A stretch of 64,000 nucleotides of DNA from Chrysomallon squamiferum (lineage: Eukaryota > Animalia > Mollusca). The notes under the pieces were generated by a model. It was given only the letters and a program-made list of their open reading frames with translations. It made no database searches and was not told where the DNA came from. Positions within the stretch are counted from its first letter, which is position 1, and each line of letters starts with the position of its first letter. The stretch is taken from assembly GCA_012295275.1 (NCBI GenBank), contig CM022672.1, positions 6,944,001-7,008,000 of the forward strand, written 5' to 3'. The translations under genes and the position numbers were made by a program. Below are positions 1-11,799 of this stretch, piece by piece.

Positions 1-218
1 ACATATGAAATATGCATGTTACATCCAAACACACACACACATACACACACATATATTCATTTACGATTTAGTCCGGTTGCCAAACCCCAGATTTTTAGAG
101 AACCTTGCAGTACAGTCCGTACAAAGTTTTATGGCTGTTTCTATACCTCTGAGATGTGCTCTTTAAGAATCTGATTGTACCACTCTGTCATCCTTGGGCA
201 ATCCGCACAATATGTAAA

Positions 219-535
219 TTAAGGCCGCCATTACTGAAAATCTTGTTTTCGTCAATATCTCAGCAACAATGCATGGTATCAAAATAATTTTAGTGTCTAT
301 CCCCATGTTTTGAGGAGTAAAGAATCAGATTAAGCCATTTCAGTCAAAATCACACCAATATTTTCTGCTGAATAGGCATATTAAGGCCGCCATTACTGAA
401 ACTCTCGTTTTCGTCAATATCTCAGTAACTACACATGGTATCAAAATAATTTTGGTGTCTATTCACATGTTTTTAGGGGTAAAGAATCAGATTAAACCAT
501 TACAGTATTGATCACACCAATATTTTCTGCAAAAT
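219..535. repeat. Two tandem ~161-bp subterminal repeats in the left Academ end
   Basis: ttaaggccgccattactgaaa...atcacaccaatattttctgc occurs at ~219-368 and ~381-530. The right end has only one inverted copy (~2985-3110). Confidence 0.8.
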
Positions 536-685
536 ATGCAGAAATCAACTTCAATGTATATCCGAGTCGTTACAGAACATCCCCTTTACTTATGCTGATG
601 CATGTTGCCATTACTGATTTGACTCAGTCCTCAAACAAGTCACATTCAACAACATTGTCACAATCATCATCAACCCGTCTTCATC

Positions 686-2908
686 ATGATGGTCTTCGTG
701 CGGACGGAACGAGAGGCAGACTGGCCACTCCACTTCTGGGCAGTAGAGCAAATGATGCCATACTTTTTTGCCTCTGCTCACTTCAACTACTCGAGATACG
801 GGTTGTACTACCAGAGTACAATGAAGCGTCTCCCACCTGAAGTGCTTCAGAGCTTCATGAGAGGTGAACACACCATGTGTCACTAGCCGGGACTCTGGAA
901 CGGGATCAAGTCCGACATGTGGATAGAGACAACCTTCATACGTTACGGGCATGGTCCAAACGGAATCATAGCATAACCCTGAAGCCCGAAACCCTAAAAC
1001 AATCGGCATACAGTATGCACACCTGCAGCATGATCGTTCAAGATATCGCGGACATGTCCGATGACAGTGAAGAGAGGGAGGTGACGAGTCATAAAGAAGA
1101 GAAGCCACCATGCATCACTTCGGATGCCAAGGACAGGGACAAGATACGAGATAAACTTCTGACCTGCATCGATCCCCTGGATCCAACTGGTCATCCCTCT
1201 GGTTTGATCAATGTCGTTACTGGTCGGATAGCACCTGAAACGGTGAACGCACATGACGCAGTGGATATTGGGAATGGTCAACTTGTGTCATTTGAAAAGA
1301 GCTGGCTTGGCGGATTTAATGCATCCTCATCCAAGTTGGTGGTGACCATGGCAGTGAAGAGAAAGGCAGTAAGGGTTGGGAACAATAATGTGTATGACAC
1401 GAATCTCATCTACTCGCGGGTACTAGGGTTGCAACAGTCTAGAGACATTGATATCAAAACTGTCCTTGCGCATGAACTGTCACTCGTGCCTACCTCAATG
1501 TTTGATGATGAAGGCAAAATGAGAATCGCAACTACGAAATCAACGCTGAAGAAGAAGCTGCAGGTGACTGTGTCCCAGCGTTTGGTTGAGAAACCAGAGG
1601 TAGAAATACTGGATGGCTGTGCTATCCTTTGGGTTATAAACTGGCCTAATCAAGGAACGGTGGCAGATTTTGTCAACGGCTTCACGAGGAATGTGATGAA
1701 AAGTGTGGCAAGCCAGGACACAAACCTGAACGCTACTTCGACTTCAGCATTAAAAGTGGAACGCGGGTAGCTCGAGCTGATGACAAAGGAGCCGACGACA
1801 CAAACTGCAGTTACATACTCCATTGCCACCCCAGAAGGTTGTCCTTACAGTAACTGAGAATAAGGTACACGTCATAGATCTGACATGTCAGAATTTGATC
1901 CAGAAAGCACAGGACGAGCCGAACGAACGCAGTCTGGTCATTACCTCTACTGACTCTGTACCACTTGTAATTCAGGATGGCATTGTCTTCCGTAGGGAAG
2001 ATCTCATGACTTGCCATGAAAAAGAGGATGTAATAATCATACAGCAGATGGTTAAGGCAGCTGAAAGTGGCGTGAAAAGAATCAACATCGTATGTGAGGA
2101 CACAGACGTTTTTGTCCTCCTGCTGCACTTCTACGCAAAGTTGAACTTGACCTGTCGTCTTACAATGGAAGGACCAAGTGCTGAACGAACTACTATAGAC
2201 ATTGGGGCAACTGCAAGTGAACATGGACACTTGCTTTCACAACTGCCAGCCGCCCATACCCTCTCAGGCTGTGACACTGTGGCTCAGTGCTTCGCAGTAG
2301 GAAAAAGCACCGTCATCAAAGTCCTTAAGAGTGGTGTAGAACTGCTCAAATTGGGCGTATTATCTGAGGACATAGGTGACATCACTGAAGAAGCGACAAC
2401 ATTCATGGCTACCTGCTACTGGGTCAAAAGCTTAGTGACATCGAACATGTCTGAGGTCCGTGGAGAAGTCTGGTCGCGAAGGATGGGTAGAAAAAATTTG
2501 ACAAAGGCTCCAGTTCTTAAGTCACTTCCACCTTCTAAAGAGGCATTCGAAGAGAACGTAAAGCGGGCGCACATTCAGGCTGCCATTTGGAAATGAGCTC
2601 TCAACTCAGAACCTCCAGCATTAGATCCTGTTGAGTTCGGATAGGAACGTGACGAACGCACTAGATGCTTGATCCCAGTAACATTGCAACCAAACATTAG
2701 TGTTGCTCCACCGGAGGTGCTGGAAATGATAAGGTGTGGTTGTGCTACGGATACACCCTCTTCGACAGCAATGTGTGGATGCTATTCAGCTCACTTGCCA
2801 TGCACAATGTTTTGTGGATGTCACGGAGAAGCACACTGCCGGAATGAGCACACCCGACGGGTTGGTGACTGTGACAATGTTGTTGAAAGTGACTTGTCTG
2901 AGGACTGA
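686..2908 (+). pseudogene. Disabled Academ transposase-XPG nuclease-Cys8 finger polyprotein (C-terminal part only)
   Basis: Successive ORF pieces 686-886 (READWPLHFWAVEQMMPYFFASAHFNYSRYGLYY), 877-1770, 1823-2596 (DTDV, LSGCDT, LPPSKEAFEENVKRAHIQAAIWK) and 2669-2908 (CGC..CGC..PCTMFCGC) are separated by frameshifts and stops (e.g. TGA 2594-2596, TAG 2642-2644). The N-terminal part is absent. Confidence 0.8.
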
Positions 2909-3745
2909 CAATGGCAACAGTAATGGCAACATGCCTCAGCATAAGTAAAGGGGATGTTCTCGGATATACACTGAAGTTGATTTTTGCAGAAAATATTGGT
3001 GTGATCTTTACCCCTCAAAACATGGGGATAGACACCAAAATTATTTTGATACCATGCATAGTTGCTGAGATATTGACGAAAACAAGATTTTCAGTAATGG
3101 CGGCCTTAATTTACATATTGTGCGGATTGCCCAAGGATGACAGAGTGGCAACAATCAGATTCTTAAAGAGCACATCTCAGAGATATAGAAACAGCAAAAA
3201 AAACTTTGTACGGACCGCAATGCACACTTATCGGTGCCTGCCACCGGACTAAGTTATTTGTAACACATTTTAATTTCCTTAATAGTTATGTTGAATGTTC
3301 AACTCAAACTATGTTTGTTTGTTGTTGTTGTTGTTGTTGTTTTTTTTTTTGTTTTTTTTTTTATCCTTTTTAAAATTTATTATTACTATTTTTTAACTAA
3401 TGTTTTATTGTCAGTATATATTTGTAACTCTGATTTGTAAATCTGAAATATTTATTTCCATTTTTACATATAGGTTTCATTCTTTTAACTGGAATAAGTA
3501 TATATATATATATATATATATATATTTAGATATCTTTTTCTTTGCTCAATAAAAAAAAATTTTTTACGAGAGATATTTAAACAAATGAATATTATTAATA
3601 TAAATGTGCAAACAACATATAAAGAACATCAAATGAACGAATACAGGTTTTTATTTCTTGATAAATATTATTAGAAAGTACATATAGATATAGTGAATAT
3701 ATTTAAAAGCGATTAATAGTATATAAGTTTCATTGGTTCTCTTAT

Positions 3746-4284
3746 TTATTTCCACATGTCGAGGTTTATTGATTCCAAACGACCACCCTCAGTACAAGCA
3801 GTTTCACGGTTTCTGTAATAAAAAAATATTATGGTTAATTCAGTTCATTGAAAAAAATAATACCCGTAGAGAGTATTGGATTATAACCGTAGGGTTGATT
3901 TTGATAGATATATTTTAACAGAGAAAGAAAGTATCCAACTCAGAGAGCAATAGAATCCATGGGAGGGTGCTTGTTGAGGGTGTGTGAAAGAAAGAGAGAG
4001 ATTAATCACTGTTTTAAACTGAAGTTATTTTCTTTGCAAAATTAAAAAAAAAAAAAAAAATAAAAAATAATAATAATAATAATAATAATCTTGTTTAGAG
4101 AAAAAGAAAAAATATCACATTTTATTAATATTTTTGAGTTTTCATTGCTTACCTTCTATCAACAGGACGCATGGCATTCCTCTGTAAGGCACTAATATTC
4201 GTGTTGTCACAAATCACACGTGCCAGAGATATTTTTCTTAGTTCTGTTTGTTGCTCTGCAATTTAAGACAATTTTTGTTTTTTA

Positions 4285-4327
<43 letters not shown>

Positions 4328-5486
4328 TTTAAATTTTCTTTTCTTTTTTAAAATAAATTAACGTAACTATTTGTATATTTTCATTAATAAATACATATAC
4401 CTGGTGTAAATCCAACACTACTATCAGTTGTTTCAAAGAAATATCTGTCCCCATGTTTCAGTCGCTTGAACTGTTCCCCCAGCAAACAGACGTACGTCGG
4501 TCCTACAAGAACACCTCGACGTGCCTGTTCGGAGATAGCCCCACTGTACAGGTCGACATCATCTGGGTGCCTGCAAGTGACACATTAAAGTACATACAGT
4601 GTGAAATCTTGTATGTTTTGAGGCGGTATGAATTTTTTCATATTCATAAGGATAAAATATTTAAAAAGTCTTTTTACATTTTTTTAAGAAAGCAAGTCTT
4701 CTATATCGGGATTTACGCATATCTTCTCGTATTAAATTGCTTTTCCAGCTGTGTATTAAATTCCTTATTATAAGACTACATTTAAATTAGGTAAAGAACT
4801 ACAAGTCTTCTTTATAGATATTTTAAGATTGCGTTAAAAGTTGTTTTAGTGGTCGTTGGTGATGCGTTTGGCAAGAAATCAGAGAAGAAAGAATTTAAAT
4901 CTAACCAAGAAACATTGTACTAGAAATAACCATGTTTTATTCGTATGCTTGTTTATGTATTAATAGGTTTTTACTTACTCGTAGACGCGTGACAAATCTC
5001 TTGCAGCTCTCCGCTGGAACTCTCTTCCACGAAACGATTCAATTTTGTTTAGTCCGCACTTCTCTCGCCAGTCGTTCAGAGGAGGTATTGCGTGATCACG
5101 ACCACGCTGGATGTTCAGTGAAACTATGTCCAACCCATTTTGTGGACTAGTTTCAAACATGTGATCAGTCATTCCATTCACATACCAGGCATCGACCCTT
5201 TGCATCAGAGTGTTCAGAAGACCGGTTATAACGTCATCAAGGCTGTCACGGACAAATTTGGGTCTGAAGAAGAGGTCCACAATATTTCTTTCAACGTTTC
5301 CTATCCGTATTTTTTCAGGAATCGCCGTATGGCCGAACCTGAAAGCCGCTGTAGCAAATACGTTATAGAGAGTTGGATCCAAGTTAGCATCATAAGAGTA
5401 AGAACCTGGTCCCAGTCCATTAGAAGACATTGCTCTGTCGCCAATAACCAGTGGCAGCCATTCTCTGATAAGAAGAAAAAATTAAT

Positions 5487-5525
<39 letters not shown>

Positions 5526-5564
5526 TTAATAACAACAACAACAATAACGATGTTTGTTAATTAA

Positions 5565-5603
<39 letters not shown>

Positions 5604-6104
5604 GTCATCTTCGTTGCTGTTGCCGCAAGCAACAATACTATCGTCAAAGCCATAAATGCCACAAACATTCTCAAACGTGTTATAGAAACAAATATTATAT
5701 AACATATTAAGCTGGATACTACAGTGTAACAAGGAGAATTTATATGAGCGTGTTGAATGTACAGCATATTAAACGAAGAGCTGTAAATATACTGTTGTCA
5801 CCTGTATGTAATGGCCTGCATTTCTGCTCCGACTATTTTCCTCGCTTCCTGAAACAACTTTTCGTCGTCCCACGACTGATGAAGCGAAGCGAACTTTGCG
5901 ACAATTCGATTGTGTTCTCGCATAAAAAGTGTGTGCAGACCACTTAAACCCGGAAACACATTCACTCGTTCATCTCCTGTAATCAAACGTGACGATGAAA
6001 ATTAGTGACCAAAACAATCAAATGAAAACACGTATCTTTTAGTTTTTGTTGTATTTGTTGCAATTGTTTTGTTTTTGTTGCTGTTATTGTTGTTGTTATT
6101 ATTA

Positions 6105-6159
<55 letters not shown>

Positions 6160-7181
6160 CCAGATGAAAAACAGTAGTCGTTGACGTCGTTGCTATCGAG
6201 TTCGCACACGTTGTTCCCTAGATTTGGTAACAGATCGTTGGGTAGAGGCTGTCCGTTGTTTTCCTCAACTCGCAGACGACCTAAAATGGCGACAAAGAAA
6301 TTCAAAAAAAAAAAAAAAAAAAATTCACTGATGTTTATTTGGAAACTGTCAGTTCTTAATGTAAAAATTTAGCAGCTGTTTATGCCATGAAATAAAATTC
6401 TGTAATATATCTGTATAAAGCTATACATTTGTGCATGTATTATAGCGTTTGGTTTTAGGTTAACGTTAGAAAGTGGCAGTACCTCCTGAAGTATCTCTCA
6501 GTGCGTTCATTTCTGTGTCGCTGCTGCCGTAGATATTAGACGCATCGATAAACGACGAGATGCTGCTGTACTGGTTCCGCGGACCTTAAATAACAAACAT
6601 TAAATATTACATTTATGTTTTCTCTTATCGTACAGCAGTTGGTCTTTCATTTTCTTTGACAGATATTAAGAATCTGCAAATTTTTATCACAAATACATTA
6701 CGTTCCGATTTGAAAATAGTCTACAACTTGTGTAACAAATATACTAGTGCTGATTTGAAAACAGACTACATTTATCACAAATACATTATGTTCTGATTTG
6801 AAAACAGACAACATTTATCACAAATACATTATGTTCTGATTTGAAAAAAAACTAGATTTATTACAAATGCATTACTTTTTTAAAAACAGAGAATAGAACA
6901 AATTTTAAGAAATAAATTACATTTGCAGGAACAAAGTAGTAACAATTGCAATTAATATGGCATATTTCAGGTAAGTTGTAAGTATTATCACTTGAGTAAT
7001 ATACTACAATAAATAACTTACTTGAATTTGCTACAGGGTCTGACCTTGTAAAATTCATACACGTAGTTCGGAAATGTCTGTCTCTGGGCGGGATTGTTAT
7101 TGGAAAACATGGACCTCTGTAAGAGTAATACCACTAATAATAATGCAATATTTAAATTAAAATTAAATAAAATTAACAATA

Positions 7182-7224
<43 letters not shown>

Positions 7225-7667
7225 TTATTATTAGTAGTAGTAGTAGTAATAGTAGTAGTAGTACTAATAGTAGTAGCAGTGTTTATTTATCAATTATTAG
7301 TACTATCATCTTTCATTCTCTCTATCTATCTATCTGTCCATTTGTTTTAGATGATATATGTGTATACATGCTGTATGTACTCAGATTGTTTTACTTTAAA
7401 TGAACTTACCCGCTTAAGTAATCATTAGCGTTAGACGAATCACAACAGTCCTTATCTACAAATAAATAAATAAATAAACAGCAATCTAATAATACATTTT
7501 CATATTAAACGTTATTAGCATTTATGATATAGGTGTTGGTGCAAGTGTGCGTTTATGCATTAATTTAATGTCATTAATAATTATCATAAATAAACATACA
7601 CATGCAAATTAAATATGAATATATTTGTTACAATAAAGGCAACCAATAAAATAGCACCATAATCACC

Positions 7668-7705
<38 letters not shown>

Positions 7706-9274
7706 CGATGATGATGACGATGATGACCATGACGACGACAACAACAACAACAGACACTTCAACTGTCTATTTCATATTAGTATTTTATAAAAATGTTGAA
7801 TGTTTTAGAAAGTCAAACTTACTGTGCTGCATAACCGAAGTTGAGACGATGTCGTGAGCCAGAAACTGTCCCCACTGCATCAACATGGCAGTCGATCGTC
7901 TTGCGATAAAGTTGAGATTAAAATGTACTCTGGTGCTAATTGCACGGGGACTAGGCAACATCGTATTAGTGCTAGTTTTAGCTCGTGGTTGGAAATCATC
8001 TTGATTAATATAAAACATACAGAATATATCAAATAAAGGGTTTGGGGTCAAATTGGAAGAAATAATTTTTAAACAAAATCTGAAGAAATCATAGCTGAGA
8101 CTAATTGTGAAAATATTAATATAGAATTAGAAATTAAATGAACAAACAAAATAATGCATAAGCTTTATATTTGTTGTCCTCTGATTTCTTCGGATATTTA
8201 CAAATTTCTAATATTCTTTTACTCAGTTGTTTCAAACGTAATCTGCTAACGCCATGAAGAGGATGGTTTGATAGAAACTATTGCGTTTATTCTGTACTGC
8301 AGAAATGAAAATAAATAAATAAATAAAAACAATTAAAACAAGTAAGATACGAAACAGGGTAACTCTTCAATACAGAAATAATAAAGTACAGAATTAAGAA
8401 CAAATATTATAAAATTAATAATTCTAATTACCTAGATAATAATGAAATGTTTTCATAATTAAGATTTAAAACAAACTGACAAACAAAGAGAAAATGTCGT
8501 GTAAAATAATATGTAATTACTGTCGTCATAAACTGCAGGCAGTAAGCGGCTGAACGGTTGATTGGCAGCTCCCCAGTTGACGTTGTTGACGTTGTTGCAC
8601 GCGCCGCTTGCTGTGCGGTACCCCGATTCTGTGCACACTTGACGCCTGACAGAAATAATTATTATAACGTAACATATAAGTGAAGTCGTTTATATTTGGG
8701 ATTTCTTATCTTGAAATATAAATTTATTTTTTATTTATTTATTTATACTGAAAATGATTCATTATTATAAATTAGTCACTGGTACAAACTGTTGCGACAT
8801 GGACATACCTTTTCCTTCCTCCACCTGATCCCGGGGGTAATTCATTATTTCCTTGATGAGGAATTTCGCCTGTTGATTCTCCTGCTTTTGTTGTAGATGA
8901 AACACCTGTCACTGCTAATAAATGTAAAATAACAGAATGTATCAGTAACACAAACACATATTTTCCTTTGCTTCCACTTCTGGTTTCTCTTTATGCACGA
9001 CTGATAGTGAACATAGTAATTAGTTCATTGTTTTTTACCATTATAATTTTCAAGGTTTTGTCAGACCATTCAGTATTTTTTTTTCTAAATTTAAAAATAA
9101 CTGTTTATCACGTGAGCAATGTGCCTGAAATTAGAAATTCCTTCAGGCTTTTCAGATGTATATGAACGCACTGGATTCGCGTGGACAGAGGTACTTTAGT
9201 ATGAATATTACGTGACAAATGTAATTTAAAAAACAAAACAAACATGAATTAACTAAACAAACAACACCAGAAAG

Positions 9275-9327
<53 letters not shown>

Positions 9328-9836
9328 GTTAATTTAAAAATCAAAACAACTTGCGATCTCGAAATGATATCATGATTGCAAAACAAAACTCTGTCTTTGA
9401 GTAAAAACAGAAACATGCGATGCAAACATGCGATGCAAATGATTCAACCATTAGCATTTTTTTTTTCTGAAATTCGTTTGTTAATTTTGAGCAGTTTATC
9501 GAACGATCAATATAAAGGCATCTGTAACTCAATATACCTTTTTATATTTTCTAACACAATTGGGCAAGCACTGAGGTGTAATATTATTTGTGCCAGTACT
9601 GACATTTAGTGCCTATACTAATTTGTAATCTCAGGAAACTTTTTATACTACGTCAGCGTTATAAACAGCAAACATGTAAAATATAAAACATATAAAGCTG
9701 TCTGATTTCTTAAAATTAACAGTTGCGTAGTAAAGAAGAAGTATTTATTTTAAAATAATACGAAAATTTCTTTACCTGCAAAATGAGTAATAAAACAGAC
9801 CATAACTCCAGTGTAGAAAAGTAAAGCAGAATGCAT
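3746..9836 (-). CDS. Secreted animal heme peroxidase (peroxinectin/chorion-peroxidase-like), 13 exons, 610 aa
   Basis: Manually spliced GT-AG exons: 9776-9836, 8809-8914, 8521-8645, 7823-7999, 7410-7455, 7022-7116, 6483-6584, 6161-6280, 5802-5976, 4979-5464, 4401-4570, 4153-4255, 3746-3812 (1833 nt, phases consistent, no stops). Motifs: signal-like N-terminus MHSALLFYTGVMVCFITHFA, YRTASGACNN..WGAANQPFSRLLP, WGQFLAHD (distal His), CMNFTRS, SSFIDASNIYG, GDERVN (distal Arg), REHNRI, AAFRFGH (proximal His), NIQRGRDHA, GDRYFFE, SLARVICDNT. Confidence 0.93.
6680..6875. repeat. Intronic ~43-bp minisatellite (4-5 copies)
   Basis: Repeated unit atttatcacaaatacattatgttctgatttgaaaacagac in peroxidase intron 6. 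Confidence 0.75.
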
Positions 9837-9928
9837 CGTTTTGCTCTAAACGTACTCTCTCGCAGCAAACTTTAACGAACTTGTTCGATACAGCTTCAAG
9901 CACGATAAAGACGTGACAAGTAATCTGC

Positions 9929-9934
9929 TTTATA
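9929..9934 (-). promoter_or_regulatory. Putative TATA box of the peroxidase gene
   Basis: TATAAA on the minus strand ~95 nt upstream of the ATG at 9836. The background is AT-rich, so support is positional only. Confidence 0.4.
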
Positions 9935-10649
9935 AGGATATCAAAGTACTGAACACCTGCTTCATTTTAGTTCAGTTTTCTTTGTTGACTAATTGTTATA
10001 TTACAATAACAGAACAATAATGTTGAAATTTGTCGCATGTAAATTAATTTGGTACGACTCAGTGATTAGGAGATTTTGTCTTAATTACTTATTGAGATAA
10101 AATAATCAAAATTTGTTATACACAGGCTTCCGCTTCCTGCACAAACATCAGTGTACTTAATTTAATAATACTGATATTGAAATAACAAATTTTAATAATC
10201 AGCAGGTGCTAGTTACATTATTTCAATTGAAACAAATAAAATGTATGCCCTCTAACCAATATAGATTAATGTTTTGAATTGTTCAAATAAAAAATACAAG
10301 AACAAAATTCTGGCACACACTCGCACACGCACACACATGCACGCACGCACTAATTATCAAGAATGCAGAGAGTAAATATTTATTGTTAAAGTGTTCCTGT
10401 GGAAAAAACGCTGAAAAAGTCTAATTAATATTTTCATAATTCTTAGTCTTGTTTTATTATTTTTTCAGTCTTGTTTTATTATTTTTTCAGTCTTAAAAAC
10501 AAAACAAAAAACAACAACAAATAAACAAATAACAAAGGTATCAGATTAAAAATATTTTTGGCAGTTCCGTGTAAGCTGCCTTCTGTGAAGTTTAAAAATG
10601 ATTTTGGCGATGCTACTATTCTTTAGTGACGTCATCGCATACAGGGTAG

Positions 10650-11321
10650 ATCCATTTGCTCTAGTTTCTTCCAGCATAAAAATACCAATCACTCCTGAAG
10701 ATTGGCTAACACATTGCTCAATAAACAGCAATGGGTTGAAAATGCAGCAACAGGACATTAATTACTTTATCCCACACTGGACAGGAACCAGAGGAGCTCC
10801 TTCAGTACTGAAGTACCTCTGGTTCCTGTCCAGTGTGGGATAAAGTACAAGCTCCTGGTCCATGTATACCATGCCTTGAGTGATGGTTCCCCAGGTTAAA
10901 TAGATCGCTATGATTATAGAATTTTCATTAAAATTGGTAAGATCAAGATCAAGAATAATTACATAAAGCCAGAGATGTTTCAGTTATGCTGCACCAACTT
11001 TATGTAACCCATGCCATGTAATACCAGGGAGGCTGAAATAACAACTCCATTCAAAACACTACTAAAGACTCATTTCTTTGAAATCAATATGTTAATATAT
11101 AGTTAGGTTATATTTTTTCCAATTTTAAAATGTTCTATTAAATATGTTATAAATTTGTTTAACTGTGACTTGTTTATTTTCACCACCATTTTAACATGTT
11201 CACCATTATGTTTACATTTTTATGTTAATGTCCATGTCTTTTTTTTATTTCAGTTTATTAGTTTACACTGTAAAGCACACTTGAACTTACTTAATATGGA
11301 AAAGGTGCTATATAAATATGG

Positions 11322-11352
<31 letters not shown>

Positions 11353-11372
11353 GTAATAATAATAATAATAAT
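10650..11372 (+). mobile_element. L2/CR1-group LINE 3' remnant
   Basis: Degraded ORF2 C-terminus readable across frameshifts (ALVSS.., TLLNKQQWVENAA, ..PVQCGIKYKLLVHVYHAL, RCFSYAAPTL, FKTLLKTHFF). It is followed by an L2-type 3' end (tgtaaagcac...ggtgctatataaat) and an (AAT)n tail at ~11325-11370. Confidence 0.7.
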
Positions 11373-11799
11373 GACTTCAGTTGTAAAAATGATACAATTG
11401 TGTTAGTCATACTTTGTTATGAGTTATCATAGCTGTCAGAAAACATTTGAAATACTTCATTTTAAGTTAACTGAGAGGAATTACTTTTTCAATTCTGATT
11501 ATAGCCAAGTCAGATATTTACTCATGTGAAATGGCACACCTCGGATATGTTTTTGTTAATATGAACTTTGAATATGACTTTTCTCAACTTCCAATTGAAA
11601 ATGTGACAGTAAACATTTATCTGAACAATGAAGATTGCATAGCTAACATCAGATTTCAAGAAACTGGATTTTAATTAAACTCTTTGAATGAATTCCCCAC
11701 CTCTGAAATGTGGCTACTGCAATGGAATATTCTTTTCATTTTATACTATGGGATATTTTATAAGCATTTTCCCTGAGGGTAAGGCACACATCAGATGTT

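Larger units (their letters stand above)
69..3251 (+). mobile_element. Academ (AcademX-like) DNA transposon, internally deleted and non-autonomous
   Basis: Termini are TAGTCCGGTTGC (69-80) and GCCACCGGACTA (3240-3251), i.e. 5'-TAG...CTA-3'. Long imperfect inverted repeats span 69-679 and 2856-3251. The internal broken ORF encodes an Academ-type transposase segment, an XPG/FEN1-like nuclease (EDTDVFVLLLHF, LSGCDT) and a C-terminal Cys-rich finger. Flanks ATT/AGT form an imperfect 3-bp TSD. Confidence 0.85.

Noticed and set aside
508-1281. Overlapping ORFs 508-840, 611-1111 and 994-1281 (also 1811-2230 and 2911-3252)
   Set aside because: Alternative-frame or antisense shadows of the Academ ORF and inverted repeats.
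8223-8296. Exon-like segment (CAG acceptor, GTAAAA donor) in peroxidase intron 3
   Set aside because: Contains a stop in the required phase, and the flanking exons join correctly without it.
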